The notes under the pieces were generated by a model, which was not told where the DNA came from, did not search any database, and saw nothing but the letters and a program-made list of their open reading frames with translations. The position numbers and the translations under genes are program-made. Shown here piece by piece: positions 10,015 to 18,476 of a DNA stretch of 64,000 nucleotides (positions are counted from its first letter, which is position 1; each line of letters starts with the position of its first letter). This stretch comes from an uncultured virus (IMG/VR IMGVR_UViG_3300013382_000009) (taxonomy: Duplodnaviria; Heunggongvirae; Uroviricota; Caudoviricetes). The stretch lies in the IMG/VR virus record IMGVR_UViG_3300013382_000009; one strand, 5' to 3'.

Positions 10015-10272
10015 TTATTTCTCCTCTTCTTTAGTTGGTTTATCGTTTGACATCTGCTTGCTGATTCCAAGAAGTGCGAGCGTAGCCATCGCTGCTCCCA
10101 TTTCTGGAATTTCATTAATTGTACTTTCAGATAACTCCACGCTATCATGTTCGTTAAGCCAAGCCTTTACTTCGATTGAAGGTGTATTGTCTTTCATACC
10201 TCCACCTAATGCAAGCATTCCCTTGATGAGGTCTTTATCGACCTCGACTGTCAACTTTAATGTATCTGCCAT
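10015..10272 (-). CDS. hypothetical protein
   Basis: 85-aa ORF in operon. Confidence 0.6.
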   Translation of the reverse strand: MADTLKLTVEVDKDLIKGMLALGGGMKDNTPSIEVKAWLNEHDSVELSESTINEIPEMGAAMATLALLGISKQMSNDKPTKEEEK

Positions 10273-10300
10273 ATTACTTACTACCTACAATAGTAGGAAT

Positions 10301-10510
10301 TTATTTAGTTAAATATTTGATTAATTCTTCTTTTGTCTTGAAACATTCGCTTTCCTTCTTTGTCGGGAAGACAGCGAACTTGTATTGTATGCTAGATGGT
10401 GACTCGCCCATCTGTTGGAAGAATACTCCCACGATGTTGGCACGGTGGATTTTATATCCATCCAACAGATAGACGGCATCACCTATGTTATATTTGGTAT
10501 TAATTTGCAT
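10301..10510 (-). CDS. small conserved phage protein
   Basis: TKYNIGDAVY...CFKTKEELIKYL. Confidence 0.65.
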   Translation of the reverse strand: MQINTKYNIGDAVYLLDGYKIHRANIVGVFFQQMGESPSSIQYKFAVFPTKKESECFKTKEELIKYLTK

Positions 10511-10520
10511 AAGAACGAAC

Positions 10521-12548
10521 TTACTCCATTACTGCTTTGGCTGGTGTCTCAATCTTCAACTTCTCGTCTCGACTTACGTAGAGGCGTATCTGCTGATAGC
10601 CATCCTTGGCGATTGGATGAAGGTTGCTCTCACATTCATCGAGTATCATCGGCACGGACACATCGTAGAACTTGGAGATTGTGTTTGCGATGTCGATTCC
10701 TGCATTGACTTTGGCTGCACCATTGAGACGGCTGTAAGGCACGCCATCGTGGTAGCACTCACAGAATGGCTTCTTGTCGCCATCAAGGTTTGTCTTGAAC
10801 AAACTCCACTGCACGAAACGGAAGTGCTTGTTTACCTCCTCTTCGAGGAGTGAGCAAGAATGCTGATAGTAGTCGGTGGCGATGTCTAGCTTCTCGTCCA
10901 ACTCGTCCAACTGATTCTGATAGGTCTCTTTGTTTTTCTTGCACTCTTCGATGAGGGAAGTAACCTTGTCGTACTGCTCCTTGTTTAAGTATCGAAGCTG
11001 GAGGGAAGAGCATTTTTCGTTGAGCGTCTGGCTTTTCTCTTTCAGTTCGGCGAGCATCTTCTGCTGTTCCTCATCCTCGGCTACAGGCTTGCTGAGTTCT
11101 TCCTGCAATCGGCGTGCTTCCTCGTTGGCTTGCTTGTAGTTGTCGTTGGCTGCAAGGATTTCAGAGGAAGACGGAGGATTTTCAGCTTCCACCTCTGCAA
11201 GATGCTTCTCTGCCTCTTTGAGTGCCTTGTGGGCTTCGATGAGCTGATTCGTGGTCGTGGTGCGGTCTTCATTCAACTGCTCCAAGAGGGCTTGATGCTT
11301 GGTGATGTCGCTCTTGATATTGCCAGCCAAGGCTACCAAGTTCTTCAATCGCTTTGCCTTGCGCTCGTTGAAGCGGTCTTCGGAATCTCGCTTCATCTTC
11401 AAGACTTTCTCAGGTTGGAGAGGTTGACCGCAATGTGGGCAGAAGGAATCTTCATCATTCCACTCCCACTGCTCGGCTGACGCTTCATCGTATAGCTTTG
11501 CGCCGTCCTTCTTTTGTCTTTCTAGGTCTTCCAACTGCTGCTTGATGTGAAGTTCGGTGTCGGTGAATCCGTCCATCTTGGCTTGGAGTTCATCGACCAT
11601 CGCCTGTGCCTTAGATTGGGCGGTTCGGGCGGTGATGAGGTCTGACCCATGCTTTACCTCTTCCTCGCCAGACTGCTTGCGTGCGCCTCGCTCCATTTGC
11701 TCTATTCGCTTTAGCTGGAAGTTGAGCTTCTCACGAATGGCGTTGTTGCGAACCAAGTCTGCCCCTCCTGTCTTGATCGTGGTTACCTGAGCATCGACTT
11801 CATCGAGTTGCTTCTTGGCTTCGGCTAGGCTGCTTGCCAAGGCTTCCCAGTCTTCGGCTTCGGGAAGGGTCTTGTTTAACTCCTGCAAGCGGATTGGTAC
11901 TTCATCAAGCTGCTTCTGAATCTCGGAACGCTTGTACTTGATATGGTGTACGAGGGTTTCGATGTCTTGCTTCTTCAAGGCTTCGAGGACGAAATCGTAC
12001 TTGGCATCACCCTCGGTGATGGCATCGGCAGTAATCTCGGGAACGAGCATCTGCAAGAACTTGCGCTGCTCTGCCCATGGACGAGATACGAAATCGGTGG
12101 CTGAGGAGCACAAGCGGAAGGTAACTTCTGGGCAAATGCTATCCACACATTTCTTGAACTCGCTTGCGGTGCAGACCTCATCGTTGATGAAGTACTTATA
12201 GGTGTTGGTACACTTGTCACCTTTCCACGAATCGGTCAATGTGCGCTTGAAGGTGAAATCATCGTGCTCGCCTGGAATATCGTCAGGCTCGATGCAGCGG
12301 AGGGACAACTCTACGCTGTGCTCGATTTCGGGGATGATGTTGTGGTCTCGGTCGAATGTCTTGATGTCAAGGGCATTGCCTTTGAGGTCGGTGCCGAAGA
12401 GGACGTAGGTGAGGGCATTGGCGATGGTCGATTTGCCCAATCCGTTCTTTCCAGATATAATCGTGAGGTCTTCGCCGAAGTTTATCTCTAGCTCTCGGAT
12501 TCCACAAAAGTTGAGAAGCTTAATCTTCTCGAATAGGATTTTCTTCAT
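10521..12548 (-). CDS. Rad50/SbcC-like AAA ATPase
   Basis: Walker A GKNGLGKST, long coiled coil, CPHC zinc hook, Walker B MILDECE. Confidence 0.9.
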   Translation of the reverse strand: MKKILFEKIKLLNFCGIRELEINFGEDLTIISGKNGLGKSTIANALTYVLFGTDLKGNALDIKTFDRDHNIIPEIEHSVELSLRCIEPDDIPGEHDDFTFKRTLTDSWKGDKCTNTYKYFINDEVCTASEFKKCVDSICPEVTFRLCSSATDFVSRPWAEQRKFLQMLVPEITADAITEGDAKYDFVLEALKKQDIETLVHHIKYKRSEIQKQLDEVPIRLQELNKTLPEAEDWEALASSLAEAKKQLDEVDAQVTTIKTGGADLVRNNAIREKLNFQLKRIEQMERGARKQSGEEEVKHGSDLITARTAQSKAQAMVDELQAKMDGFTDTELHIKQQLEDLERQKKDGAKLYDEASAEQWEWNDEDSFCPHCGQPLQPEKVLKMKRDSEDRFNERKAKRLKNLVALAGNIKSDITKHQALLEQLNEDRTTTTNQLIEAHKALKEAEKHLAEVEAENPPSSSEILAANDNYKQANEEARRLQEELSKPVAEDEEQQKMLAELKEKSQTLNEKCSSLQLRYLNKEQYDKVTSLIEECKKNKETYQNQLDELDEKLDIATDYYQHSCSLLEEEVNKHFRFVQWSLFKTNLDGDKKPFCECYHDGVPYSRLNGAAKVNAGIDIANTISKFYDVSVPMILDECESNLHPIAKDGYQQIRLYVSRDEKLKIETPAKAVME

Positions 12549-12840
12549 TGTTGTTATTGTTTTGGGTTTCTAAATTCTGTTTCTCTTCCAACTCTGCATT
12601 GTACTGCATAAAGGCATTGGCGGTAGCAGCCACAAACTCTTCGCTATGACGCATGGCTGAGAGGATAAGGCTCTCCATGTCTTCCTGCGGTGCGTGTATG
12701 TAAGAGTATGCTCGCTGCTCTTGCTGGTCGCCCATAAGCATGATGCAGCGGAAATGCTTTGCGTTGTCGCCTACCTTATCCACCTTGTCAAGGATATGCT
12801 TGATTTGGCGGAAGAAGTTTTGCTTGATGTTCTTTTTCAT
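12520..12840 (-). CDS. hypothetical protein
   Basis: 106-aa ORF in operon. Confidence 0.6.
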   Translation of the reverse strand: MKKNIKQNFFRQIKHILDKVDKVGDNAKHFRCIMLMGDQQEQRAYSYIHAPQEDMESLILSAMRHSEEFVAATANAFMQYNAELEEKQNLETQNNNNNEENPIRED

Positions 12841-12855
12841 CTTGATTATTTTTAT

Positions 12856-13659
12856 TTAGTCTTTTGTTTCTTTTGGCTTATATCCCAGTCTATCAAGCAT
12901 CTTTCTAATGTAATCAAGACCTTTTTGATAAACCAAAGTTTTTATGAAGATTCTAATCTCCGAACCGCAGTTTTTCTTGGTCTCTATGGTTCTAAAATAT
13001 CCTGCATCTATATACTTTTGATAAGGAAGGTTATTCGGCAACAAGACCTTTTGCTCTCTAAGTATTGCAAACAACTTATTTCGTCCAATTGATACGTAAT
13101 TTAAGGTATTTGCAACAGCCTTCATTTCAATAGCATCTTTACTTTCCGCAACAGAATCAAAGAACTCAACTTTTGGGGCATCAACTATGGCTTTCGCTTC
13201 AAGTTGTTTAATTCGCTCTTCTCTTCTTTTGAGAGTAGCCTGTGCAACAAGTAATGCCCTTGCCATCAAATCTTCTTCGGTTTCATCGTCCCTCATTACC
13301 ATATATCCGCCATCTTGGCGAATGCTTGGCAGTATCTCTGATGTTACCCATCTTTTAAACTCTTTGGCTTGCGGTAATTTACTTCCGAAAATCAGAGCAT
13401 AAAGACCAGATTCATTAACGAAAGTCATTTCTACCGTCTGGATTGCATCTGTTCCGTCTGCTTTCTTTCCTGTAACTACCCCTATGCCCTGTTTTAGGGC
13501 ATCCCCCTCGTCAACGTGAGCTGACACTGCATTTTGAGGTTTTGCGTACCCTAATGCCTTACAAACATCACTTGCACAGAACAGAGGAGCTTTTTCCGTT
13601 CCTTCAATTCGTATAGTACCGAATAAAGGATTAATTTTCTTCAAATGAATGTCGTTCAT
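12856..13659 (-). CDS. BRO-N / KilAC phage antirepressor
   Basis: PLFCASDVCKALGY, VNESGLYALIFGSKLPQAKEFKRWVTSEILPSIR, IGRNKLFAILR, PYQKYIDAGYF. Confidence 0.9.
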   Translation of the reverse strand: MNDIHLKKINPLFGTIRIEGTEKAPLFCASDVCKALGYAKPQNAVSAHVDEGDALKQGIGVVTGKKADGTDAIQTVEMTFVNESGLYALIFGSKLPQAKEFKRWVTSEILPSIRQDGGYMVMRDDETEEDLMARALLVAQATLKRREERIKQLEAKAIVDAPKVEFFDSVAESKDAIEMKAVANTLNYVSIGRNKLFAILREQKVLLPNNLPYQKYIDAGYFRTIETKKNCGSEIRIFIKTLVYQKGLDYIRKMLDRLGYKPKETKD

Positions 13660-14129
13660 AAGCTATCTTTTAGTTTCTTTACTTCTTCCTCATAATGCTT
13701 GATGAGCATCTGCAATTCAAACAGAGACCATTTCTTTGTTTCAAATCTACGAGATTCTAACAAATCAACTTGCTGTTCTCCGTATTTTTTAACCATCCAC
13801 TTTCTGTACTCTAGCATATTTCCGTCTAAGTACCGATTACAGTACCTACAGCCTATGTGGCAATTCGTTTCCGACCATCGCAAAGCCATACAAGACCTTT
13901 TTATGTAATGCGCACAGTCAGCTTGCTCGAATGGTTTCACCTTTCCGCAAGTTGGGCATCTAAAATACTCAAAATTATATTCCTTGCTATCACGAAGACG
14001 TATAAATTCCGAGAACACAGAATCAAGTTTGCGAATAAGCGTAGGCTTGCTAAGTCCTGCTCTGGCTGCTTTCTTCTCCCAAGGAGCTTTCTCTTTCTTA
14101 TCTTTCTTTGGTTTCTTCTTCCAAAACAT
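13656..14129 (-). CDS. NinG/Rap-family recombination endonuclease
   Basis: LDSVFSEFIRLRD, CPTCG, DCAHY, NCHIGCRYCN. Confidence 0.85.
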   Translation of the reverse strand: MFWKKKPKKDKKEKAPWEKKAARAGLSKPTLIRKLDSVFSEFIRLRDSKEYNFEYFRCPTCGKVKPFEQADCAHYIKRSCMALRWSETNCHIGCRYCNRYLDGNMLEYRKWMVKKYGEQQVDLLESRRFETKKWSLFELQMLIKHYEEEVKKLKDSL

Positions 14130-14131
14130 AT

Positions 14132-14326
14132 CTATTCTTCTTTTTGGATTTCACTACTTCGGATTGCCTTCCTTATGCTGTTAATCTTAGAGTTGAGGAT
14201 GGAGATCCGTCTATAACATAGCTCGAAGTGCTCTAGTGGACACCAAGGGTTTCTTTCGAGCTGCTTGTATATGTCGTACACCCTTTGCCGATATGAGGCT
14301 AGGGTGGTCTTTGTTAAGTCTATCAT
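14132..14326 (-). CDS. hypothetical protein
   Basis: 64-aa first ORF after the ncRNA-rich leader. Confidence 0.55.
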   Translation of the reverse strand: MIDLTKTTLASYRQRVYDIYKQLERNPWCPLEHFELCYRRISILNSKINSIRKAIRSSEIQKEE

Positions 14327-14357
14327 ATTGTATAATTGTTTACAGATTTATTTAAAT

Positions 14358-14383
14358 CCTGCCTATCCTCACGGACTGGCAGG
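14358..14383 (-). repeat. GUGA-loop hairpin, copy 1 of 3 (others 15060-15086, 15177-15204)
   Basis: CCTGCC-AG-TCC-GTGA-GGA-TA-GGCAGG on minus strand. Confidence 0.7.
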
Positions 14384-14457
14384 GAGTTGCTTTTTCAAAT
14401 TCAAAATTATGAATTGCTGTGCCGCTGCACATAGCTTCTATGCGTGTAATGAGATAG

Positions 14458-14567
14458 TCCTCGCAGTTGGACTTGAACCAACGACCAAGTTGCACGGTTT
14501 GATAAGAATGCGTTAAGGATTTACACCTCTGTTACGTGCTTGCTCTAACCAACTGAGCTATGCGAGG
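14458..14567 (-). ncRNA. tRNA-like RNA with 38-nt expanded anticodon loop
   Basis: acceptor CCTCGCA/TGCGAGG, TAGCTCAGTTGGTTAGAGC D-arm, GTTGG-TTCAAGT-CCAAC T-arm; GCACG/CGTGC stem closes a 38-nt loop. Confidence 0.8.
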
Positions 14568-14569
14568 AA

Positions 14570-14619
14570 TGTTGAGGGCATCGTGCGCAACCACGAATTT
14601 AAGAGCCATGCTCACCCTC
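14570..14619 (-). ncRNA. candidate mini tRNA-like element
   Basis: GAGGGTG/TGCCCTC (7 bp, two G-U) stacked on TCGTG/CACGA hairpin; abuts the tRNA-like gene. Confidence 0.4.
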
Positions 14620-14621
14620 CT

Positions 14622-14693
14622 TTATCTACAATAGTAGAAATTTTCAGAAAATGCAAAAGTAGTATATCAGTTATCTACTATAGTAGAAATTTT
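14622..14693 (-). promoter_or_regulatory. leftward promoter flanked by two palindromic operators
   Basis: TACTTTTG (minus strand, 14654-14661) between two 23-bp repeats carrying TCTAC(A/T)ATAGTAGA. Confidence 0.7.
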
Positions 14694-14982
14694 GATTATG
14701 GCTAAACAATCAACATTCACTCTACTTGCACTCTGCATTTCTGAATATATTGTAAGGACTTAATAACTTCTCTTTTTTCCAATGTGTCAAAGAACACTGC
14801 TATTGCTAGCTTAGATTGTTACTGATGCACTATATATAATAAGGTGTAAGGTAAAAGGTGTTGGTAGAATGTTCGCCCACAACATTTCCTTATGATTTAG
14901 GGTTTCCCCATGGACTTTATCGCAGCTTTTGTCACCCCAACCGAACGAGATATTATAATAACAATTCACCAATAACGAATAG

Positions 14983-15054
14983 TGGGAAGTAGAGGAGTTG
15001 AACCTCTGTAGCTTAGCGAACCGCACAGCATCCTAACCGTTAGATGAACTTCCC
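14983..15054 (-). tRNA. degenerate tRNA / tRNA-like RNA (anticodon undetermined)
   Basis: GGGAAGT/ACTTCCC acceptor, ATCTAACGGTTAGGAT D-arm, AGAGG-TTCAACT-CCTCT T-arm; anticodon stem has two mismatches and no U33. Confidence 0.7.
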
Positions 15055-15261
15055 GATAACTCTCCTATCTGTCACAGACGAGAGAGTGATATGAATCAAC
15101 GTAAGCACCGCTGTGCCATTAAATCTATAGAAATACTTATATATTTTACTAACATTCATGTAGTTTCTTTTCAAGACCTCTCCCATCCTCACGGACAGGA
15201 GAGGGATAACGCTTTAATATGAATTTTACCTAAAAGCTAACATATAGCTTTTCACCTTATT

Positions 15262-15465
15262 TTATCTAACTAATTTCTGCTCTTTAACCTTGACACCCCC
15301 AAAGCGATTGAGGGCTACGTTTCTGATGTCGCCAGCCTTCTTGCTATTGGTTCGGAAGGATAATGCATTGTACACTGCCGCTTGACCACAGCCGATAACT
15401 GCCATTATTTTAGAAATTTTGTCTCTTTCGACTAAAATTCTTTCTGTTTTTACTATTTTATTCAT
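15262..15465 (-). CDS. Cro-like HTH protein
   Basis: 67 aa, IMAVIGCGQAAVYNAL HTH-like; divergent from repressor. Confidence 0.7.
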   Translation of the reverse strand: MNKIVKTERILVERDKISKIMAVIGCGQAAVYNALSFRTNSKKAGDIRNVALNRFGGVKVKEQKLVR

Positions 15466-15475
15466 AACTTTTTAT

Positions 15476-15572
15476 TATATTTGCACACGAAATAATATTA
15501 TCAGATGGTTACGAGAACCATTTACGAGTGCAAAGATACATATTTGTAGGCAAACGCCCAAGTTTGTAGGCA
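15476..15572. promoter_or_regulatory. face-to-face promoters of the immunity switch
   Basis: plus-strand TATATTTG 15476-15483; minus-strand TATCTTTG 15531-15538; TTTGTAGGCA direct repeat at 15543 and 15563. Confidence 0.65.
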
Positions 15573-15621
15573 TTCTTTTATAATTACTTAGTATATTTAC
15601 ACATTTATAAACACTAGCGTT

Positions 15622-16014
15622 ATGGAAGGACTAAAGGAACGTATCAATGAGATAAAGGACTATTACAGACTGTCTAACAGAGGGTTTGCTGCTGCTCTAG
15701 GCACAAAACCTGCTGCAACCAACAACTATCTCAACGGAACAAAAGAGCCATCACTAGATTTCGTGGATGCAATTTTGTCTAAGTACGTGGACATTTCTGC
15801 GGAATGGCTCTTGCGTGGCAAAGGAAGTATGTTTTGCGATGACAAGCCAACAGACGAGGAAGTAACTAAAGAATTGGCTGATGCCAAGGTGAAGATGCTT
15901 GTAAAGGATGGGATCATCAAGGAACTAAAAGATTTGATTCTCGAAAAGAACAGTGGTAAGAAGACGAGCAAGGACGAGATTGTCACACAGAAGTGGGAAG
16001 AAAAGTTCGGATAA
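15622..16014 (+). CDS. CI-like XRE repressor
   Basis: LSNRGFAAALGTKPAATNNYLNGTKEPS...ISAEWLLRGKGSM; C-terminal coiled coil. Confidence 0.85.
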   Translation: MEGLKERINEIKDYYRLSNRGFAAALGTKPAATNNYLNGTKEPSLDFVDAILSKYVDISAEWLLRGKGSMFCDDKPTDEEVTKELADAKVKMLVKDGIIKELKDLILEKNSGKKTSKDEIVTQKWEEKFG

Positions 16015-16031
16015 TACCACTTGTACCAAAC

Positions 16032-16062
16032 AAAAAAGGAGGGCACTAGGCTCTCCTTTTTT
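16032..16062. terminator. bidirectional terminator
   Basis: AAAAAAGGAGGGC-ACTAG-GCTCTCCTTTTTT between convergent genes. Confidence 0.8.
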
Positions 16063-16411
16063 ATTCAAAATGAAACTTTGACGGATTATAAGGTATGTCT
16101 GGGATTTTCCCTCGAAAATACTGCTCCTTCTCTTTGAGTTCAGCAAGCATTTCTTCCTCATCCTTTCTGCGAGTCAGCCACGACGACATTCTCTCGTTGA
16201 GCATTCTCTTATATTCAGCGGCACACTTATATGTGGCTTTGACCTTCCATTTTGTGCTTCTCCCTTGGATAGACCAAGAATGGACCTCTCGGACATTGTA
16301 TCTTCCATCTGTATTTGTTGTATGTTGCTGTACGCTATGAGTTATACCACACTTTGCTGCCTTCTTTAGCTTGCGAGGAATGCGCTGTTTATATTTCTTA
16401 TATAGCTTCAT
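16061..16411 (-). CDS. hypothetical phage protein
   Basis: RIPRKLKK motif; packed operon. Confidence 0.6.
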   Translation of the reverse strand: MKLYKKYKQRIPRKLKKAAKCGITHSVQQHTTNTDGRYNVREVHSWSIQGRSTKWKVKATYKCAAEYKRMLNERMSSWLTRRKDEEEMLAELKEKEQYFRGKIPDIPYNPSKFHFE

Positions 16412-16791
16412 CGCTCACCTCCTTTCGGCAATAAATCTTTGATGTAAGCCCATCTTTGGATTATCTCTGATGGAGAAATAGGTTTCCAACCACTTCTAGC
16501 GAGTTTGTTTCTATCGCTCACGCTGGCGGCTCTATAATATATAGGTGGATTTCTCACGGCATTAGGGACAAACTCAAACAGAACGTGCTCGGTTAAGTCT
16601 GGCTTTTCCGTTTTTGCATCGTGCCATACTTGGCTAAGGTCGGTGTATTCGACTTCCTCCTCTAGGATAGACTTCGTTTTGGCATGAGTAAGATGTGGCG
16701 AATAGCACTCGGTATCAACCGATACCAAATCGCTGACCTCGCCCAATCGTTCTGCGCTCTTTTGACGGATATAAATCTTCTTTGGTATCAT
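16408..16791 (-). CDS. DUF551-like phage protein
   Basis: VWHDAKTEKP...IQRWAYIKDLLP. Confidence 0.55.
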   Translation of the reverse strand: MIPKKIYIRQKSAERLGEVSDLVSVDTECYSPHLTHAKTKSILEEEVEYTDLSQVWHDAKTEKPDLTEHVLFEFVPNAVRNPPIYYRAASVSDRNKLARSGWKPISPSEIIQRWAYIKDLLPKGGER

Positions 16792-16792
16792 T

Positions 16793-17092
16793 CTAGACCT
16801 CCTTTCTTACGTATTCAATATCCTTGTATGATATTCGCTCCTTGCTCCACGTTACCTCGTCAAGTTCATTGAAGTCGGCACCATCGGGTGTGTCTTCTCC
16901 AATTACCAAGAAGATACGATCAGGAACGTTCTCCATTTCGTTCTCTCCCTCAAACTCTCGAATGGTGGCGTCTAGGAGGTCGTATATTTTTTCGACATCA
17001 CCTTCAAACAGGAGTGGTTTTACCTTGCCATTCCAATTCTTAAGTTTCTTCCTAGCCTCCTTCCATGCTTCGTAAGTCTCTTGTGTAATCAT
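16793..17092 (-). CDS. hypothetical phage protein
   Basis: PDRIFL...EVTWSKERI...DIEYVR. Confidence 0.65.
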   Translation of the reverse strand: MITQETYEAWKEARKKLKNWNGKVKPLLFEGDVEKIYDLLDATIREFEGENEMENVPDRIFLVIGEDTPDGADFNELDEVTWSKERISYKDIEYVRKEV

Positions 17093-17103
17093 AAGCTATA
17101 ATA

Positions 17104-17346
17104 TTAAAACTTTATATTTTCCTTCCACCACTCTAGCGTAGTCGGAAACTTCGGTTTCGTCTTTTTGTAATGTCTAAAACGCATAATCTTCCAATATGCA
17201 TTGATGAAATTTTTGCAAGGTTTACCTGTGTCAAAGCAACTAAAATTACATCGGATATTACGTTTGCTATCATACATCATGATGTACACATAGCAATTAT
17301 CCGACCACGATTCTTTCTTGTAATGCTTTTCTTCCCTCTTGCCCAT
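17104..17346 (-). CDS. hypothetical protein
   Basis: ORF from ATG MGKREEK, 5 bp after upstream stop. Confidence 0.5.
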   Translation of the reverse strand: MGKREEKHYKKESWSDNCYVYIMMYDSKRNIRCNFSCFDTGKPCKNFINAYWKIMRFRHYKKTKPKFPTTLEWWKENIKF

Positions 17347-17350
17347 ACTG

Positions 17351-17995
17351 CTATATCTTTTTGTTTGTTGCAATCTCGGATATACGTCTTACCTTCTCTA
17401 TAGTCTTTCTTGGAGGGAAAAAACGATTCTCTAATTCGCTTGCGGCTATATCTGACAAAGAGAGGATTCTGTTCAAGCACAGAGTGAGTTGATTGCGCTT
17501 TCTCTCGCTCTCAGCGAACTTACCTTTATACTCGTCACGTAACTTTGCATTCTCTTCTTCCAATTTCTTCTTGTTGGATTCTTCGAGTTCCTCTTTCTTC
17601 TTGTCGAGTTCCTTGCTTTTCTTTTGGAAGTCGGCATCAAGAAGACTATACTTCTCTAAATATTTCTCGTAAGCGGCTTTATTAGCCTTGATGCTATCCT
17701 CAACCTCCTTACGCATTTGGTTCTCCACCTTCAAACGGACATCTTCGAAGTTGATGTAGGATTCAGAGGATTCTACTGTTCGTCTTCTTATCTTTGGTTC
17801 GTGTTCAAAACCATTTCGCTCTAATCTGGAAATAATGTCCTCACACTCCACCACAGTCTCCTTTCGAAGAATAACCTTGGCATCATTCTTCAAAGATTCG
17901 TTGAGTTTCTTCAACTCCTTAACCTGCTCTTCCAACTCCTTGTTACGATTGCGGATTGCATCGTACTCTGACAAATCTACATTTACTACTGCCAT
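17351..17995 (-). CDS. coiled-coil hypothetical protein
   Basis: 214 aa, K/E-rich heptads. Confidence 0.7.
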   Translation of the reverse strand: MAVVNVDLSEYDAIRNRNKELEEQVKELKKLNESLKNDAKVILRKETVVECEDIISRLERNGFEHEPKIRRRTVESSESYINFEDVRLKVENQMRKEVEDSIKANKAAYEKYLEKYSLLDADFQKKSKELDKKKEELEESNKKKLEEENAKLRDEYKGKFAESERKRNQLTLCLNRILSLSDIAASELENRFFPPRKTIEKVRRISEIATNKKI

Positions 17996-18118
17996 AATCT
18001 CAATCTGTTACTAGTTTGTTTATGTATTTTCGCCACTCATAGTAGGAAAGTGGCATTCCTTTTCCGTAACCTATCTTGTATCGTTTGTAGCTTTTGTATG
18101 CTTTCAGCTTAATCTGCT

Positions 18119-18433
18119 CTAGTTCGTCCATAGGCTACGACTTTTCTTGATTCGCTCCTTGGCTTCCTTTATAAAAGGATGATTCCCACTAATACCACAT
18201 TCTTTTTTGAATCTCTTCAACTCATTGAGGTTTCTGCACTCGTCAGGTGACTGAATTGCAAACACATACTTTTGCTGCATACGGAAGAAATGAAGCCCAG
18301 AAAGCTTTGTCGTATCAGTTATTAAACTATGCCACTTCTCTCTTTCATTGCGGTCTGTACGATATTCATACCTTGCTCTATCTGTCAGCATACTACAAAC
18401 GAGCATATCGAAAGTTCTCTTCTTCTTTTTCAT
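18119..18433 (-). CDS. hypothetical protein
   Basis: ORF from ATG MKKKKRT. Confidence 0.5.
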   Translation of the reverse strand: MKKKKRTFDMLVCSMLTDRARYEYRTDRNEREKWHSLITDTTKLSGLHFFRMQQKYVFAIQSPDECRNLNELKRFKKECGISGNHPFIKEAKERIKKSRSLWTN

Positions 18434-18476
18434 AAAAATCAAGTTAAGCCCCCCTCCGAAGAGAGGGCGGTTAATT

